From positions 146,568,001 to 146,632,000 of the forward strand of contig OX597818.1 in the NCBI GenBank assembly GCA_951406725.2: DNA of 64,000 bases. Reading direction: 5' to 3'. The notes below the pieces were generated by a model, which was not told where the DNA came from, searched no databases, and saw nothing but the letters and a program-made list of their open reading frames with translations. The stretch is from Octopus vulgaris. Taxonomy: Eukaryota. Of the stretch, positions 37,801 through 52,074 are shown one piece after another. The translations under genes were made by a program, and so were the position numbers. Every line of letters begins with the position of its first letter. Position 1 is the stretch's first letter.

Positions 37801-39584
37801 CATCTGATTTTGATTTTTCTTAATTCTCTTTTAAAAGGGTAAGGAGCAAACCACAGATAAAAGTCAACCCTATAAAATTTGAACTTTGGAAAAGACATAC
37901 AAAAGACAGATCTTAGGCTGAACATTAGATAGTTTGTACAATCACTTCCTAACATCGTTGACATTTATCGAAGAATGCCATCTGGATACGCAATTATGAA
38001 AACTGTATTTAATAGTTTATCAGATTCATTTATGTCAGTCAAGCAACAAGCAAAAACCAGCAGCTTACTTCTTACTTTACTCTTCCTCCCCTCTCACACC
38101 GACACACACACACTCACACATACAGACGACTTTCTCTATCGATATTCAGTTTTACAGTGACGTCACACAACACCATACGCGAAGGACCATTAAGTATTAA
38201 AGATAAGAAATGTCAAAGATAGACATGACATGGAGGTTAGCGTGAAATGCAGTCGAAATGTAGGCAACAGACTTGATAGTTTTGTACCGTAGCTTCTACA
38301 GTGAAACAAATGATAAATATTGGTTTCTTTCTACCAATTATCAAAAGCTCTATATATAAGGAGAAAGAAAGAAGTGCTAGATATGGCCTTCGTTCATTTC
38401 CCAATGACAACAACGACGCACATGAGGTGAAGTAACTCCAATTGAATCGCAATTTCGACTTCCCTCGCTACACTTGTTGAATAGCACAATAAATATTAGT
38501 GATCGACATGAAAAGAAAGGCTCTATGCTATTACTCGATCTAGTAGAAATAGCAAATAAATATGTCTCAAATCACACTCTACGTCTAAGAAAGAACATTG
38601 ATTTCAGCCGAAAGGAACGCATCTACTTGATAAGTCTTAGCCTGATAGATACAGAGTAAAATATATCTCAAATTATACTCTACCATTTTAAAGCGTGATA
38701 GAAATATATGTATCCAGAAAGTAGCAATCAAATATCTCTCAAGTCAAGCTCTTCCGACATAACATGAGGACATATTTGATTAATGTGGTCCTAGATGTAC
38801 AAAATAACATGAGAACGTGACGATCTCGACTGGAGGGACTTTGGTTGTAGATTCCGTCTAGGCTGACTGGTGCTAAAAACAACAGTTGTAGGACGATCAA
38901 GGTTTCCACGCATGTGATCATGGATCTGATCAATCGGGAGTAACGTTAGGCTAAAAAGGAACAACAAGAATACGATGATGATGATCATGATGGTAGTTTA
39001 TGTCGGAAATTGATAAGGCACGTCCTCAAGTATCAGTTTATTAAACCTGTCTTTGACGCTACATGACTTTTCTTCCTGCCTGTGCTTCGTATGTCTAGTT
39101 TGAGTGTCAGTCTTCGCAGTCAGATCAAACTCTTTAAACCTGAAGGTTTGACCACAGTGGCTCAGTATGATGGTGCGGTGACCGGCAAGCTATAGGTGTT
39201 ACAATGGAGTAGCCTTCTATTAGATGAACTGACTTATTGGGCTGGACAGTTCCACCTGGAATTACCAGAAGGGTGTCAAAGAGGGTGCCAGACCGCCTGA
39301 GGGACTGCAATCCTTGACTTGCTCTCGGGATTTACTCCCCAAGCCTTTTCCTTTCCTAGGGCACTCACAAATTAGTGAGGGTTTGTGCTTGAAGATTCTT
39401 CCATAGCATGTTAATTAGCCAACATCTGGGACCCTGACAGGTGCTACTACCCCGGTTCAGACTAGACCTGGTAACAATACTGACTAATAGATGGTTCCAC
39501 ATTCTCAAAACCCTGGAACTCCAGAACCAGGACCTCACTGCCGGATGCAGCTTAAAATCATACCCAGGACAAAACAATATCAAT

Positions 39585-39800
39585 ATTGGTTTCAAATTTT
39601 AGCACAAGGCCATCAATTTCAATGGGAGGACGTAAGGCGATTATATAGACCGCAACATTGTATTGGTACTTATTTTATCGACTCCGAAAGGATGAAAGGT
39701 AAAATCGACCTCGACGGAATTTGAACTTGGAACTTAAAGACAGATGAAATGCCGCTAAGCATTTTTCCGAGCGTGCTAACGGATCTTCCAGCTCGCAACC
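39585..39800 (-). mobile_element. Family A SINE
   Basis: GGTACTTATTTTATCGACTCCGAAAGGATGAAAGG...GCGTGCTAAC...CCAGCTCGC. Confidence 0.75.
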
Positions 39801-40424
39801 TGAAATAAGAATATAAATATTGACTTACTTTAATTGAACAGCACCTCATATTTTTATTTGATGCGGGATAGCTAGAATAATTGAAACTGGCCTTAGGATA
39901 TCACTGATAGTGATTTTAACAATGTTAGATGGATAAAAAGCAAAACCAGCCACAGCGGTTTTGTACCCAGAATATAAATAAATAACAGAAATTTATACCA
40001 CTAAACATGTTTCGGTTATCTACCACAACATCTCCATCATAAAATCATTATTCAAACAACTGCTATGGAAAATGAATCTCACCATTCCACGTTAGGGATT
40101 TGTGTCCCACATTAGATTTGCTAAGTATTCAAATTGTTGTTTTGTGACTCTGCCAACAACATCAATGTAGCTGAGTGGACCTCGTCCGCTATCGAGATGC
40201 AGAAGTCTCTAACATTTGACACAGCCTGGTATCCAGTACTATATCTATGGCCAGTAACTTAGCGGTGAAGTCATAAAAGCGTAGAGAAAGCTACGTATTT
40301 AATACAACACACGGGCTCATAAACACGTACACCTACGCACGACAAAAAAAATGCATTTAGATTGATCTCTATGTGTTAGTATTTATTATAAGATCTCATC
40401 TCGTATAACTCCTTTTGATATCCT

Positions 40425-40585
40425 TCTCTACTCTAGGCAAAAGGCTCGAAATTTGGGGGAAGGGGGCCAGTCGATTAGATGGACTCCATTACGCAACTGG
40501 TACTTAATTTATCGACCCCGAAAGGATGAAAGGCAAAGTGAACCTCGGTGGAATTTGAACTCAGAAAGTAAAGACAGATGAAATA
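40425..40585 (-). mobile_element. Family A SINE fragment
   Basis: CTGGTACTTAATTTATCGACCCCGAAAGGATGAAAGGCAAAG. Confidence 0.8.
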
Positions 40586-40619
40586 ACTTCTTAATGCTTT
40601 CATAACATCAACTTTCGAA

Positions 40620-40801
40620 ATCATCACCACCACCACTACAATTACCACTACTCAACCCCACCACCACTATCACCATCACCACAACCACCACTACAACCAC
40701 CTTCACCACCACCACTACCACCGTTGCTAATTACACTATCACTATCAAGATGCTATCGCTACGGTCGACAGCACCATCACTAATTACGCCGTTATCACGT
40801 C

Positions 40802-40877
<76 letters not shown>

Positions 40878-42450
40878 TATCAATTACATTATAACTGTTA
40901 ATATCATCACCACAATCAACAAAAAATTCCCATCAGCTCTCAGACCATCCTCATCACCATCACTACTATCACAATAAAACACACAACCATGTCACACCGT
41001 ACCCACCACCACCACCACAAATTCCATCACCATCGGCACCGCCACCACTATAGTAATTCTCTCCGCATCGGCCATCAGTCCATCGTGTTAACGATTACCA
41101 TAAGCACCACCGACGCAAACACAGACATTTATTAGCATCACCATAAGAAAAATCAACATCTCTGCCTCCTCTACTATCGCCTGCTCGACCACCGCCACCT
41201 TCAAAACGGTAGCAGATTTGATCACCGCCACCACCACCACCAACACCACCAACACCACATCTAATGCTCGCTGCAATATACATCATTAAAAGCCACTATC
41301 TCATCAACAATCTTCACTATCACTACTATCACCACTAGTATTTCCATAGCCACCAGCGTAGCGGCAACACCATCACAGCAATACCTGTAAACCAGACCAC
41401 CACCACCACCACCACCACAATTGACAATATCATAAGCACTAAGGCAACGAACTGGCAGAAAAGTTAGCACTCTAGGCGAAATGTTTAGCGGTATTTCATC
41501 TGTCATTACGTTCAGAGTTCAAATTTCACTGAGGTCGACTTTGCCTTTCATCCTTTCAGCGTCGATAAAATAAGTACCAGTTGCGTATTGGGGTCAATCT
41601 CATCGACTGTCTCCCTCCCCCAAAATTTCGGGCTTTGTGACAAGAGTAGAAAAGAATCGTTAGCGCACCAGGTAAAATGCTTAGCACCATTTCGTTTTCG
41701 TTCGCCTTCTGAGTTCAAATTCCGCTGAGGTCGACTTTGCCTTTCATCCTTTCTGTGTCGATAAATCAAGTACCAGTTGAACTGTGGGTCGATGTGATCG
41801 ACTGACACCTCCTCCACCCGAACTTGCTGGCATTGTGCCAAAATTTGAGATCAATGTTACAACTACCACCACCACCATTAACACTACCATGTCTAACAAT
41901 AATTACTTCCATACCACGACAGCCACCACCACCACCACAACCATTTCTATAAGCCACAAGGATAGCCGTCACCACCACCGCCAATCAACACCACTACCAC
42001 AAACACTACCATTGGCACCATCACTGCTACCAATGATCCACCACCAACACCACTATACTACCACTTATACCACCGTTGTTATCGTGATAATCACCACCAC
42101 CACTACTGTAACAAGCACTACCATCGCCACCACATCTTCCAATTGCCAATAAATATCATTATAACCACCACTACCAAACACTACCAACACCGCCCTAACC
42201 ACAACCATCATTAGCACTACCACCATTAGCAGGACTCCTACGACCACTACCATCACCAACAATAAACCACCACTATCACTACAAATACCATTACCACCAT
42301 TTCTTCAATCACAACCATCAGCTACTATCACCACTACGACCACCACCATCAACACCACAACCACAAATATTACCATCACCATCATCTCCATCAGTATGCA
42401 ACCACCACTACCACCATCATCACATCTCCATCTCTCACCATCACCCACGC
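40620..42450. repeat. (CCA/CAT/CTA)n low-complexity region with a (TAA)n tract and an embedded tandem family A SINE (41440-41850)
   Basis: Direct reading. It produces the Thr/His/Val-rich spurious ORFs. Confidence 0.85.
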
Positions 42451-43220
42451 CAGCATTTCTTCATTCTGCTATCTTTTGTTAATCTTGTTCTTATTTAAGT
42501 CGTACGCGTTTATCTTCCTTGTCATCTCACCGTCATAGAAGAAGAAGAAGAAGAAGTGAGTTACGGCGAAGCGGCACTTGCCTCCGTTCCTCTCCGTACA
42601 GACTGATGTCATTGAAAGTGAGGTTATCAGCGCAGAGAAACGAAGGGGAAAAAAATAAAGTTCTTCTCGGAACGAGCTTTTATCATAACAATATTAAATA
42701 GTTTTATCATTTCGCTCACGATTTTCCATTATGGCGAGCGCGTTTCAGAAATGCCTACAGTGATAGCGATGATGACAATGACAAGGTCGTCGACGACAAC
42801 GACGACGATTACGATAATGATGGTGGTGGTGGTGGTGGTGGTGGTGGTGATAATCATTCGTGGTTCCTTACCTCCAGGGTAGCAAGGAGACTATGTTACA
42901 CAGCAATTCAAATTCAACACACTAAAACTAAACACAGGAATTGCAAATTTCCAAACATAAGTTTGCGTTTCTGCATGCTCACACAATCACACACATGCAC
43001 ACATACACACACATACACTCACATACACACAAACACGCACGCACACATATCTTCATATATATATAGGTGGGGGAGAATTCACAAAAAAACAAAAGACGAA
43101 GACAGATGGTGTAGACAACAAACAGATGTATTAGTTTAACACTCGGGAAGTGAAAAAGTCTTTAACGTTTCGAGCCTACACTCTTCCACAGAAAGGAACA
43201 CAGACAGAAACAAGTAGAGA

Positions 43221-43282
<62 letters not shown>

Positions 43283-43417
43283 TTCTAGGTAAATGTATAA
43301 GTATAGAGTTTAAAATAGCTTTAAAAAAACAGAATACAAATACTTGGTATTTCAGATATTCTATCGTGGTCGTTTACACAGTCGATAATAATTAATTATT
43401 ACTACACACTAACTTGA

Positions 43418-43478
<61 letters not shown>

Positions 43479-43486
43479 CATATATA

Positions 43487-44610
43487 TTGGGTTGGCAGGA
43501 AAGTAATTTCGTTTTTCGCAAATAGAGTTACGATATTTTTGAATGACTTTTGTTATAGTTATGATTGTTCCTTTAGATATTTGATAACCCTTACTTTTAG
43601 CTTACTTCAGAAACAAATTGCCCATCTTAATATGGAGTGCAAAAACAAACATTTTGTCACATTTTGCTTTTTTTATTTCCATAAATGCAAGAAAGCTGGT
43701 AAGGCTCAGAAAGAGATACGTGAAGATTATGGTGTTGATTTCTTAACAGAATGCACATGTTAGAAATGGTTTTATTAATTCCTTTCTGAAGATTTTTCAC
43801 TCAAAGATGAACAACGTTCTGCTCGACTTACTGAGGTTGATGATGACCGAATCAAAGCCATAACTCAATCCGATTATCATATAATAGTGTGAGGAATTGC
43901 AGAGAGGTTAAATGTATCTCACACATCAATTGGAAAATCTCTTAAAGTGTCTTGGACTCGTTAAGAAGCTCGATATTTGGATTCCACATAAATTGAAAGA
44001 GATTCACTTAACATAATGAACCAATATTTGCGATATGCATCTCAAACGCAATCAAATCAACCTTTTTTTAATCGAATCATCACTGGTGATGAAAAATGGA
44101 TTGTCTACAATAACACCAATCGAAACCGATCATGGTTTAAGCATAATGAACCAGTACAAACCACATCGAAAGCTGAATTGCATCACAAAATGGTCATGCT
44201 GTCAATTTGGTGAGTTTAACAAAGGCGTTGTGAATTTTGAGCTACTTCCATGGAATTGAGAAATCGTAAAGGAATCGTGTTCCACCATTACCAAGCTAGA
44301 CTACACACGTCTTTATTAACACGTGAAAAAATATTGGAACTTGGTTGGGAAGTGATATCACATCCACTATATAGCCCTGACCTTGCACCATCAAATTACC
44401 GTTTATTTCGAAGTTAGCAAAATTCTTTGAATGATAAAACTTTCAATAGTGATGATGAGTTGAAATTGCATTTGCTTTAGTGACCCGAAAGATGGCAAAG
44501 GTCATCGAACAAAACGGAAAATATATATTGATTGAAGTTCATTCTTTGTATGGAAAAAAATTACTTTTATTTCACACTAAAAAAACAAAATTACTTTCTT
44601 GCCAGCCCAG
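43487..44610 (+). mobile_element. Decayed mariner element (mellifera-like)
   Basis: 30-bp TIRs TTGGGTTGGCAGGAAAGTAATTTCGTTTTT / AAAAACAAAATTACTTTCTTGCCAGCCCAG, TA on both flanks. Remnants KKLDIWIPHKL, RIITGDEKWIVYNN, HPLYSPDLAPSNYRLF. Confidence 0.92.
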
Positions 44611-46922
44611 TACATGGGACAGATGATCCACCGAATGTGAATTGTATTCACGTCCAAGTCTGCCGGACTCTGTTAAAAGATACATACATCATTATTTTGA
44701 TATTTACTGTTTTTCATGCATATGATGATATATTATTAACTTGGCAGGCTTTGGCAAACATCTGCAAATGCTGTGTTCAATGAATTCAAAAGGTAGGAAC
44801 AATTTTACCTTGTCTAGCTTCAGATGTCCTGCAATTGTCTCACACTGAGTGAGCATAGCATACCGAAACACGGTTTAAAGGGATAATTTGTTCTCTGAAA
44901 GTGAAATCCAAAAACAAACATATTCACGTCAAAGTCTGTCGGCATGTGTTAACATCAAGTATGTACATCAGTATATAAAAGTAAATATAGATATATAAGT
45001 TGACTATTTTATCATGAAATTCAATAATATTCAGCCTCCTACTAAAGAGTGTAGATAATGCTCCTGAATGTTCCATCTCCTCTAAAACAATATCCAATTT
45101 TTATACTAATATCATTTTTCTGTTTTTGCTTGCAGAATATATTTTCTTATTAAGTGTGACTCCGCCTTTTCCCTAACCTGTCTACCAATAGACAAAATAG
45201 AAAAATTCAGTCATTCACCCACCTTTTAACAATTTATTTTATTGTAGGTCTTGCCAATACTAGCCGAAGCATTCGTTTATTTTCTCAGTAACTAGTAACA
45301 ATTAAACACATACAAAACAATAAAACGAAATAGGAAAGAAAAATTCGTATTTGAAATGTTTTAGAATGTTCGTGTTCAATATTTCCTTTGTATAATAAGT
45401 CAATAAACCTTAGCAGAATGGCGAAAAACATATTAGCCATTCAAAAACACACAAAATCTATTAGCTTCATTGAAACAGTTATTATTTTTCATTTCCTGTC
45501 AAAATTTTCCATCTCACGAACTGCGTCCTGGTCGCTCTAGGTAATATTTATCTTCCACGCTGCAATAGTTTTAGTTTCAGATCAAATTGCTTGCCTGGCA
45601 AGTACACCGCCGAAATATGTCAATAATACTGAATTAAATGTATAAACTTACTGCAGAATTGTATCCCAGTATAGCAGAGCTATCATATAAAACAGAATAC
45701 AGATACACACAAAGGTATCTGCATCATCAATAACTTCGTTATATATCTTGAAAATACTATGTAAGGATGTGACTGTCCAGAAGGGAATCTGATCCTATTG
45801 GCTTCACTGCGTCAGAAAAACGTTGGAAGGCTATGGACGTAACTTGTTCCACCAGATCAATTTATTCCGTCGGCAATGCACACAACTTTCCTGATTCCAA
45901 GCTACAGATATTGTTCAAGATAAAAGCAATTGCTTTTAGTACCGATGAAACTTGGTTCCAGTGTCGTAGAATGTATTGCTATCAGAATGAAAATGGTCAA
46001 CAATTTCAGCGTTCTGGAGACTGGTACTTTCGTTATCGATTCTGAAAGTATGAAATGAAAAGGTGACCTGGGTGAGATTTGAACGCAAGATGTAAAGAAT
46101 AAAACCAAATATCGTGGGGAATTTTATCCAGCACTTTAATAAATCTGCCGATCCAATATAATGATATCTCTAACTAGATAATTTGCTCTACTATAACAAG
46201 TGATTTTGTTTTATTTCTATCTGTGAGAAAGAAATTGAATACGTTGTTACAAGCCAACAGAGGAATTTGTCAGTTCATAAATATGGTGTGGAGCCACTCG
46301 TCAAATACACAACACAGAGCATGGTGAAGTCAGCCATTAAGTTTTGTCGTAGTCACAATTTCAATGGTGATAAATAGATACAAACCACCGAAAACCTTTC
46401 TTCTTTTAAACCAGCATTCGTTCAACAATTATATTACGTCTTTGGTTATGGATGTACAAAGGACCGATCAGTTGTTCAACCTATATTTCGGGTGGAAAAA
46501 CAAGGGAATTCTAATAATAAACAGAATAAACAACTTGAAATAATTTCGTTCAACGTCCTAACTTACAGATAGTTTCTTGGCGATGTCTGTATTCATGTAT
46601 ATATATATATATAAAAACATACATACATACGTACACATATGTATATACATGTATATACACACACACACATATGCGCATATATATATATGTGTGTGTGTGT
46701 GTGTGTAGGTGTGTGTATGTATGTGTGTGTATATGTGTGTGTTTGTGTGTTATTGTGAGGATATAGATTCGTCTTAAAAGGGATGTTAGCATCCAAGTTC
46801 CACCGGTTTAATCCTATATATCAATGAAATACTCAGGAGTCCAGTTTTACTTAGCACTACTGGTGTTTATTATCTAATAATTGGCACAAATATTAAAAAC
46901 ATTATATATGTATGTATATGTT

Positions 46923-46982
<60 letters not shown>

Positions 46983-47030
46983 CATACATACATACATACA
47001 TACATACATACATACATACATACATACATA

Positions 47031-47345
47031 CAGGGTGCGATGAGTAAATTGTGATCATTTTATATTTTCAATTTCGCGCATGCGCATTGTTTGTTTTTGA
47101 TTTTGTCGACGATATAGCATAGTAACGTCAGTGGGGCACCATCTGTGAGAAAAACAGAACCATGACGCAATTCACTCTGCCAAAAGTTTGAAAATGACAT
47201 GCTGTACTGCTTGGCATTCGTACCAGAAGCTCCTATACAAAGATTTCAGTATTCATCAACTTCAACAAGGAGACCATCCAGAAGAGATGCAGGATATTCC
47301 GAAGTCCTCTCGTTGCAGTAGTTGAAGTCAATAGCGATCTTATTT
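47031..47345 (+). mobile_element. Deleted maT/DD37D-like element fragment
   Basis: TA-CAGGGTG terminus, followed by C-terminal remnant FNKETIQKRCRIFRSPLVAVVEVNSD. Confidence 0.5.
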
Positions 47346-47577
47346 TCTTCTGCCACTCTAAATTATAGTAGGCTTTAAGTATTTCCTCTCTATGTAGTAT
47401 CCTGTATGTTGAAAATCTATATGATCATATGCTTCCGAGGAGAGCGATTTATTTCAAATTGATGTGATGCTTGCATTGATCGATTAAACGGAGGCGCTTG
47501 AAACAGCCGTAATGCACTAATACGGGACATCCTTGTTACTTAGTTGCTTAGTTGCTATATATATATATACTTAGTTG

Positions 47578-47621
<44 letters not shown>

Positions 47622-47697
47622 CATTATATTATATATAAATGTATTTATTTATGTATCAGTATATCTGTCTAGCTATCTTCCTAACTATCTATCTATA

Positions 47698-47736
<39 letters not shown>

Positions 47737-47765
47737 ATATAGATGCATACATACATAAATACATT

Positions 47766-47843
<78 letters not shown>

Positions 47844-48979
47844 CACATATACATATATACATGTATCTCTTCATGCGCACACGCACGTGTGTGTATATAT
47901 GTGTGTGCCCGGCTTCTGCAGAGTTTCTATTTAACCATTTTCACTCACAAAATCCGTTCAACAACCCGAGGCTATGATAGTCGACTCTCACCGAAGCTTC
48001 TGCTCAGTGAGTTCGAAATTAGAAACTCGTAGTTGCGAAGTGAACTTCTTAAACTACCCGTCAAAACATCGCTCTCACTCTCTTGGCTGTTCATCCGGTA
48101 CCGTATCAAATCAATATCCGAGTATCCACCCCAACCTCACTTCTCTCCTCGAATTCTGCTGATTATATCTAAAGTGATATTTCAGGTAACCTAAGTATTT
48201 GTGATGTAAGCTCAGTGTGAGCTTTAGCGTGTCACTGTTTTATCGGTCACCGATTTTCGTCGACTGACTGACGCGATTATAAGTGTGCTCTGTTGAAGTG
48301 TAAAGTGTTTTGTATCTAAGTTCTTAATAGAAAGTAATGAGAACACAATATTGTAAACACAGTTCTTTATTTACTTATATTTTATGTTTATTTCACGATT
48401 TGTGTAAATTAGCGTTGTTTTCTAAAGATTTACAACAGGACGATAATCGCTACATTGCATTTGCCACGGCAGAAGTGACAAAAGACTGCTCAAGTCAATC
48501 TTTCTCTCTCCCTCTTTCCTTCCAATCATCTCTATCCTTTCTCTCTCCTTATGCCTCTCTCTCCCTCTCTCTCTGCCTCTCTCTCTCCCTCTCGTCCCTC
48601 TTCCCGTCTCTCTCTCTCTTTCTCCCCCCTCTCTTCCTGTGATTACATGTCATGCTGACAATCATCAGCGATCATGGACTTCCATTTCTATACACAACTT
48701 ATCACTTCATACATACATACATACACACACACGCACACACACATATATATATATATAAATGATATATAAATATATGCATATATACATATATATGTACATA
48801 CGTACATATATATGTATATATACATGCTTATATGGATACAGGACATAAAAAAACGTTGAACACAATGAGAAACGAAAACATAAAAACAAAAACAGAAAGG
48901 AACTTTTTTTTTGGAACAACGAAAAAGACAAACAGAGAAACGAGACATGCAACATGAAGAATATTGCCCTTATATATCA

Positions 48980-49185
48980 GGTAAGTCGGTAGAATCGCTG
49001 GCACGCTGGGCAAAATGCTTCGCACCATTTCCTTCCTCTTAGATTCTGAGTTCAAATGCCGCCGAAGTCGACTTTGCCTTTCATGAGTTCAGATTCGATT
49101 AAATAAATAACAGTTGATACCGGGGTCGATGTAATCCAATTACTCCTTCCCCCGAAATTGCTGGCCTTGTGCCACATTTTGAAAA
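48980..49185 (+). mobile_element. Family A SINE
   Basis: GAGTTCAAATGCCGCCGAAGTCGACTTTGCCTTTCAT...GGGGTCGATGTAATC. Confidence 0.7.
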
Positions 49186-49187
49186 CA

Positions 49188-49605
49188 GTATGTATGTACG
49201 TACGTATGTATGTACGTATGTACGTATGTATGTATGTATGTATGTATGTATGTATGTATGTATGTGTGTATGTATGTATGTATGTATGTATGTATGTATG
49301 TACGTATGTATGTATGTATGTATGTATGTATGTATGAATGTATGTATGTATGTATGTATGTATGTATGTACGTATGTATGTATGTATGTATGTATGTATG
49401 TATGTATGTATGTATGTATGTATGTACGTACGTATGTATGTACGTATGTACGTATGTATGTATGTATGTATGTATGTATGTATGTATGTATGTATGTATG
49501 TATGTATGTATGTACGTATGTATGTACGTACGTATGTATGTACGTATGTACGTATGTATGTATGTATGTATGTATGTATGTATGTATGTATGTATGTATG
49601 TACAT
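49188..49605. repeat. (TATG)n tetranucleotide array with recurring TACG-variant blocks
   Basis: Direct reading. It produces the YVCM/HTYI ORFs. Confidence 0.97.
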
Positions 49606-49904
49606 GCATTCATAGACTCCTACAGCGGATTTCCATGCAGAGTCTGCCTACGAAATTCAAATATTTATGATAAACCCGGGTTTTATTATAAAAGATATTT
49701 GCCCATGGTTTTGGTGCTATGCTACCTAACCTCATTTTCATATTGTTTTTAAAACACACAGTCACTCCACGTCGATTTCATATGAAATAATATTTTGTAA
49801 CTACTACCAAATTTAACAAAGTAGTGAACAGCGTAATCGATACAGCACCGTCTCTTCTGGGACTGGGAATATAAACAGACAGAAACAGACTGATAGACAG
49901 GCAT

Positions 49905-50151
<247 letters not shown>

Positions 50152-50871
50152 ATTTTTGATATTCTGTGTAGGAATACAGACACATGCTTATCAAATAAGT
50201 GAATAATATACTCGGTCAATAACCTAATATCTTTTTCTGATTGCTTCTGATAGACAGCATACATATAATTTGTATCATGAATTAATTATGTTTCATAATT
50301 CCCAGAAATCTAAGCTCAGGAACATCAAGAAATCGGTTTCGTTGAACGTAACTGTATCTTCTGCATTTGATTTTTTTGTTTATTATTTTTTTTCCACTTC
50401 TCCAGCTTTCACCTCTGTTTCATCTCTTACGTCTTCATCTCTCACCTCTTCTCAGTCAGCTGTACTTTGACTACATCCATTGAGCGTCAGCAACAGGGCC
50501 ATCCTCCTTCAGGTATACTATGATGATTCGTCGGGGTTAGCGTCAGGGTTTAATGTTAGTTTGATGGAGGTGAATAAAAATGACACGGTCTGATTTATGA
50601 CGCCATTTGCAGAAACGATCTTCTGATGACATTTTCTTGATAGGAGGAACTACTTTGAGCTAGTGAAGTCTCCGACACTACAGTCTATTGATTTTACGTG
50701 TGCATAAGACTATTTCGGGAAAGGCTGCCGCAACGGTCTGAAGTCTGCGGTAGCATTATGCATGATAGAAAAAATGTATTTACATTTAGTTATCTGTAAC
50801 ACTTGTATTACTCCAGCGTTTTTCAAATTCCTGGTTTATTTTGGAACTTTCAGCATGATAATCTCTTCAAG

Positions 50872-50961
<90 letters not shown>

Positions 50962-51048
50962 TGATTGATTGATTGATGCATGCATATATACATACACACA
51001 TACATACATACACACATACATACATACATACATACATACATACATACA

Positions 51049-51082
<34 letters not shown>

Positions 51083-52008
51083 GGTCCAGACATAGAGGTT
51101 TATATATTTGTATGCGTTTTCGAAACATAGCATTTGTTGTAAAGTATGTATTCCACAGGAAAAGAATTCAGATTTTTTTAAAGTTGTGATGGAATCGTAG
51201 AATAGGCGTATGATTAGAAGATGCGGACTTTGTATCTTCTATTTTTCCGACGATATTTGTTACACAAATATAAATACAAAATACAATAAAAATAAAAATA
51301 ATAATAAGAGGACATAACAACAGATATCTTTCGACTGGGGACGAATGAATTCAGCTGGCGCGTGTGGAAATGAAGCCTTACGGCAGAGATACAAAACTTT
51401 CACAAACACAGGGAAAAATATTGATGTTACACTGACCACGGTCAGACGCATAAAGAAGGCTAGCAGTCTGGTCTATCGGTCACGGGTGAAGAGAAGAGAG
51501 AGAAAAAGAGGAACAAAAGAAGGCAAAGAAAAGTGAGAGAGGGGGAAAGAAAGAACGAAGAGTTGAATGAACGAATAAGCGTGAAAAGGTTGACAGAATC
51601 GTACAAAAATTTAGTAAAATGTGTACTTACATATAAGAGAACAAAGTGTACGTACGCAGCTATATATATATATATATATAATAAAATACAAAATGGGACA
51701 AGAACGCAAAACATCCGGACAACTAGGTGATACAAAAAGGGACAACAAAATATCCAGATAGACAATACAAAAAACAAGGACGGGTCATTCAAAGCCTTTT
51801 ATGCTCAGTCAAGAACCGGATCATCCTCGCAATTTCGGCTGATTAATCTTGAGATTGCTCCAATCTGGCCAGCTCCAAGAAAAAAACTAAGCTAAGAGCA
51901 TTATATTCCATTGATGTATACGAATGTATACGGAAACAAGGACTGAAAAACAGACGATGTTACACAAATATAAATACAAAATACAATGAAAATAAAAATA
52001 ATATATAT

Positions 52009-52074
<66 letters not shown>

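Noticed and set aside
45833-46045. 70-aa non-repetitive ORF MDVTCSTRS...
   Set aside because: No recognisable motif or exon structure; an ORF this short is expected by chance.
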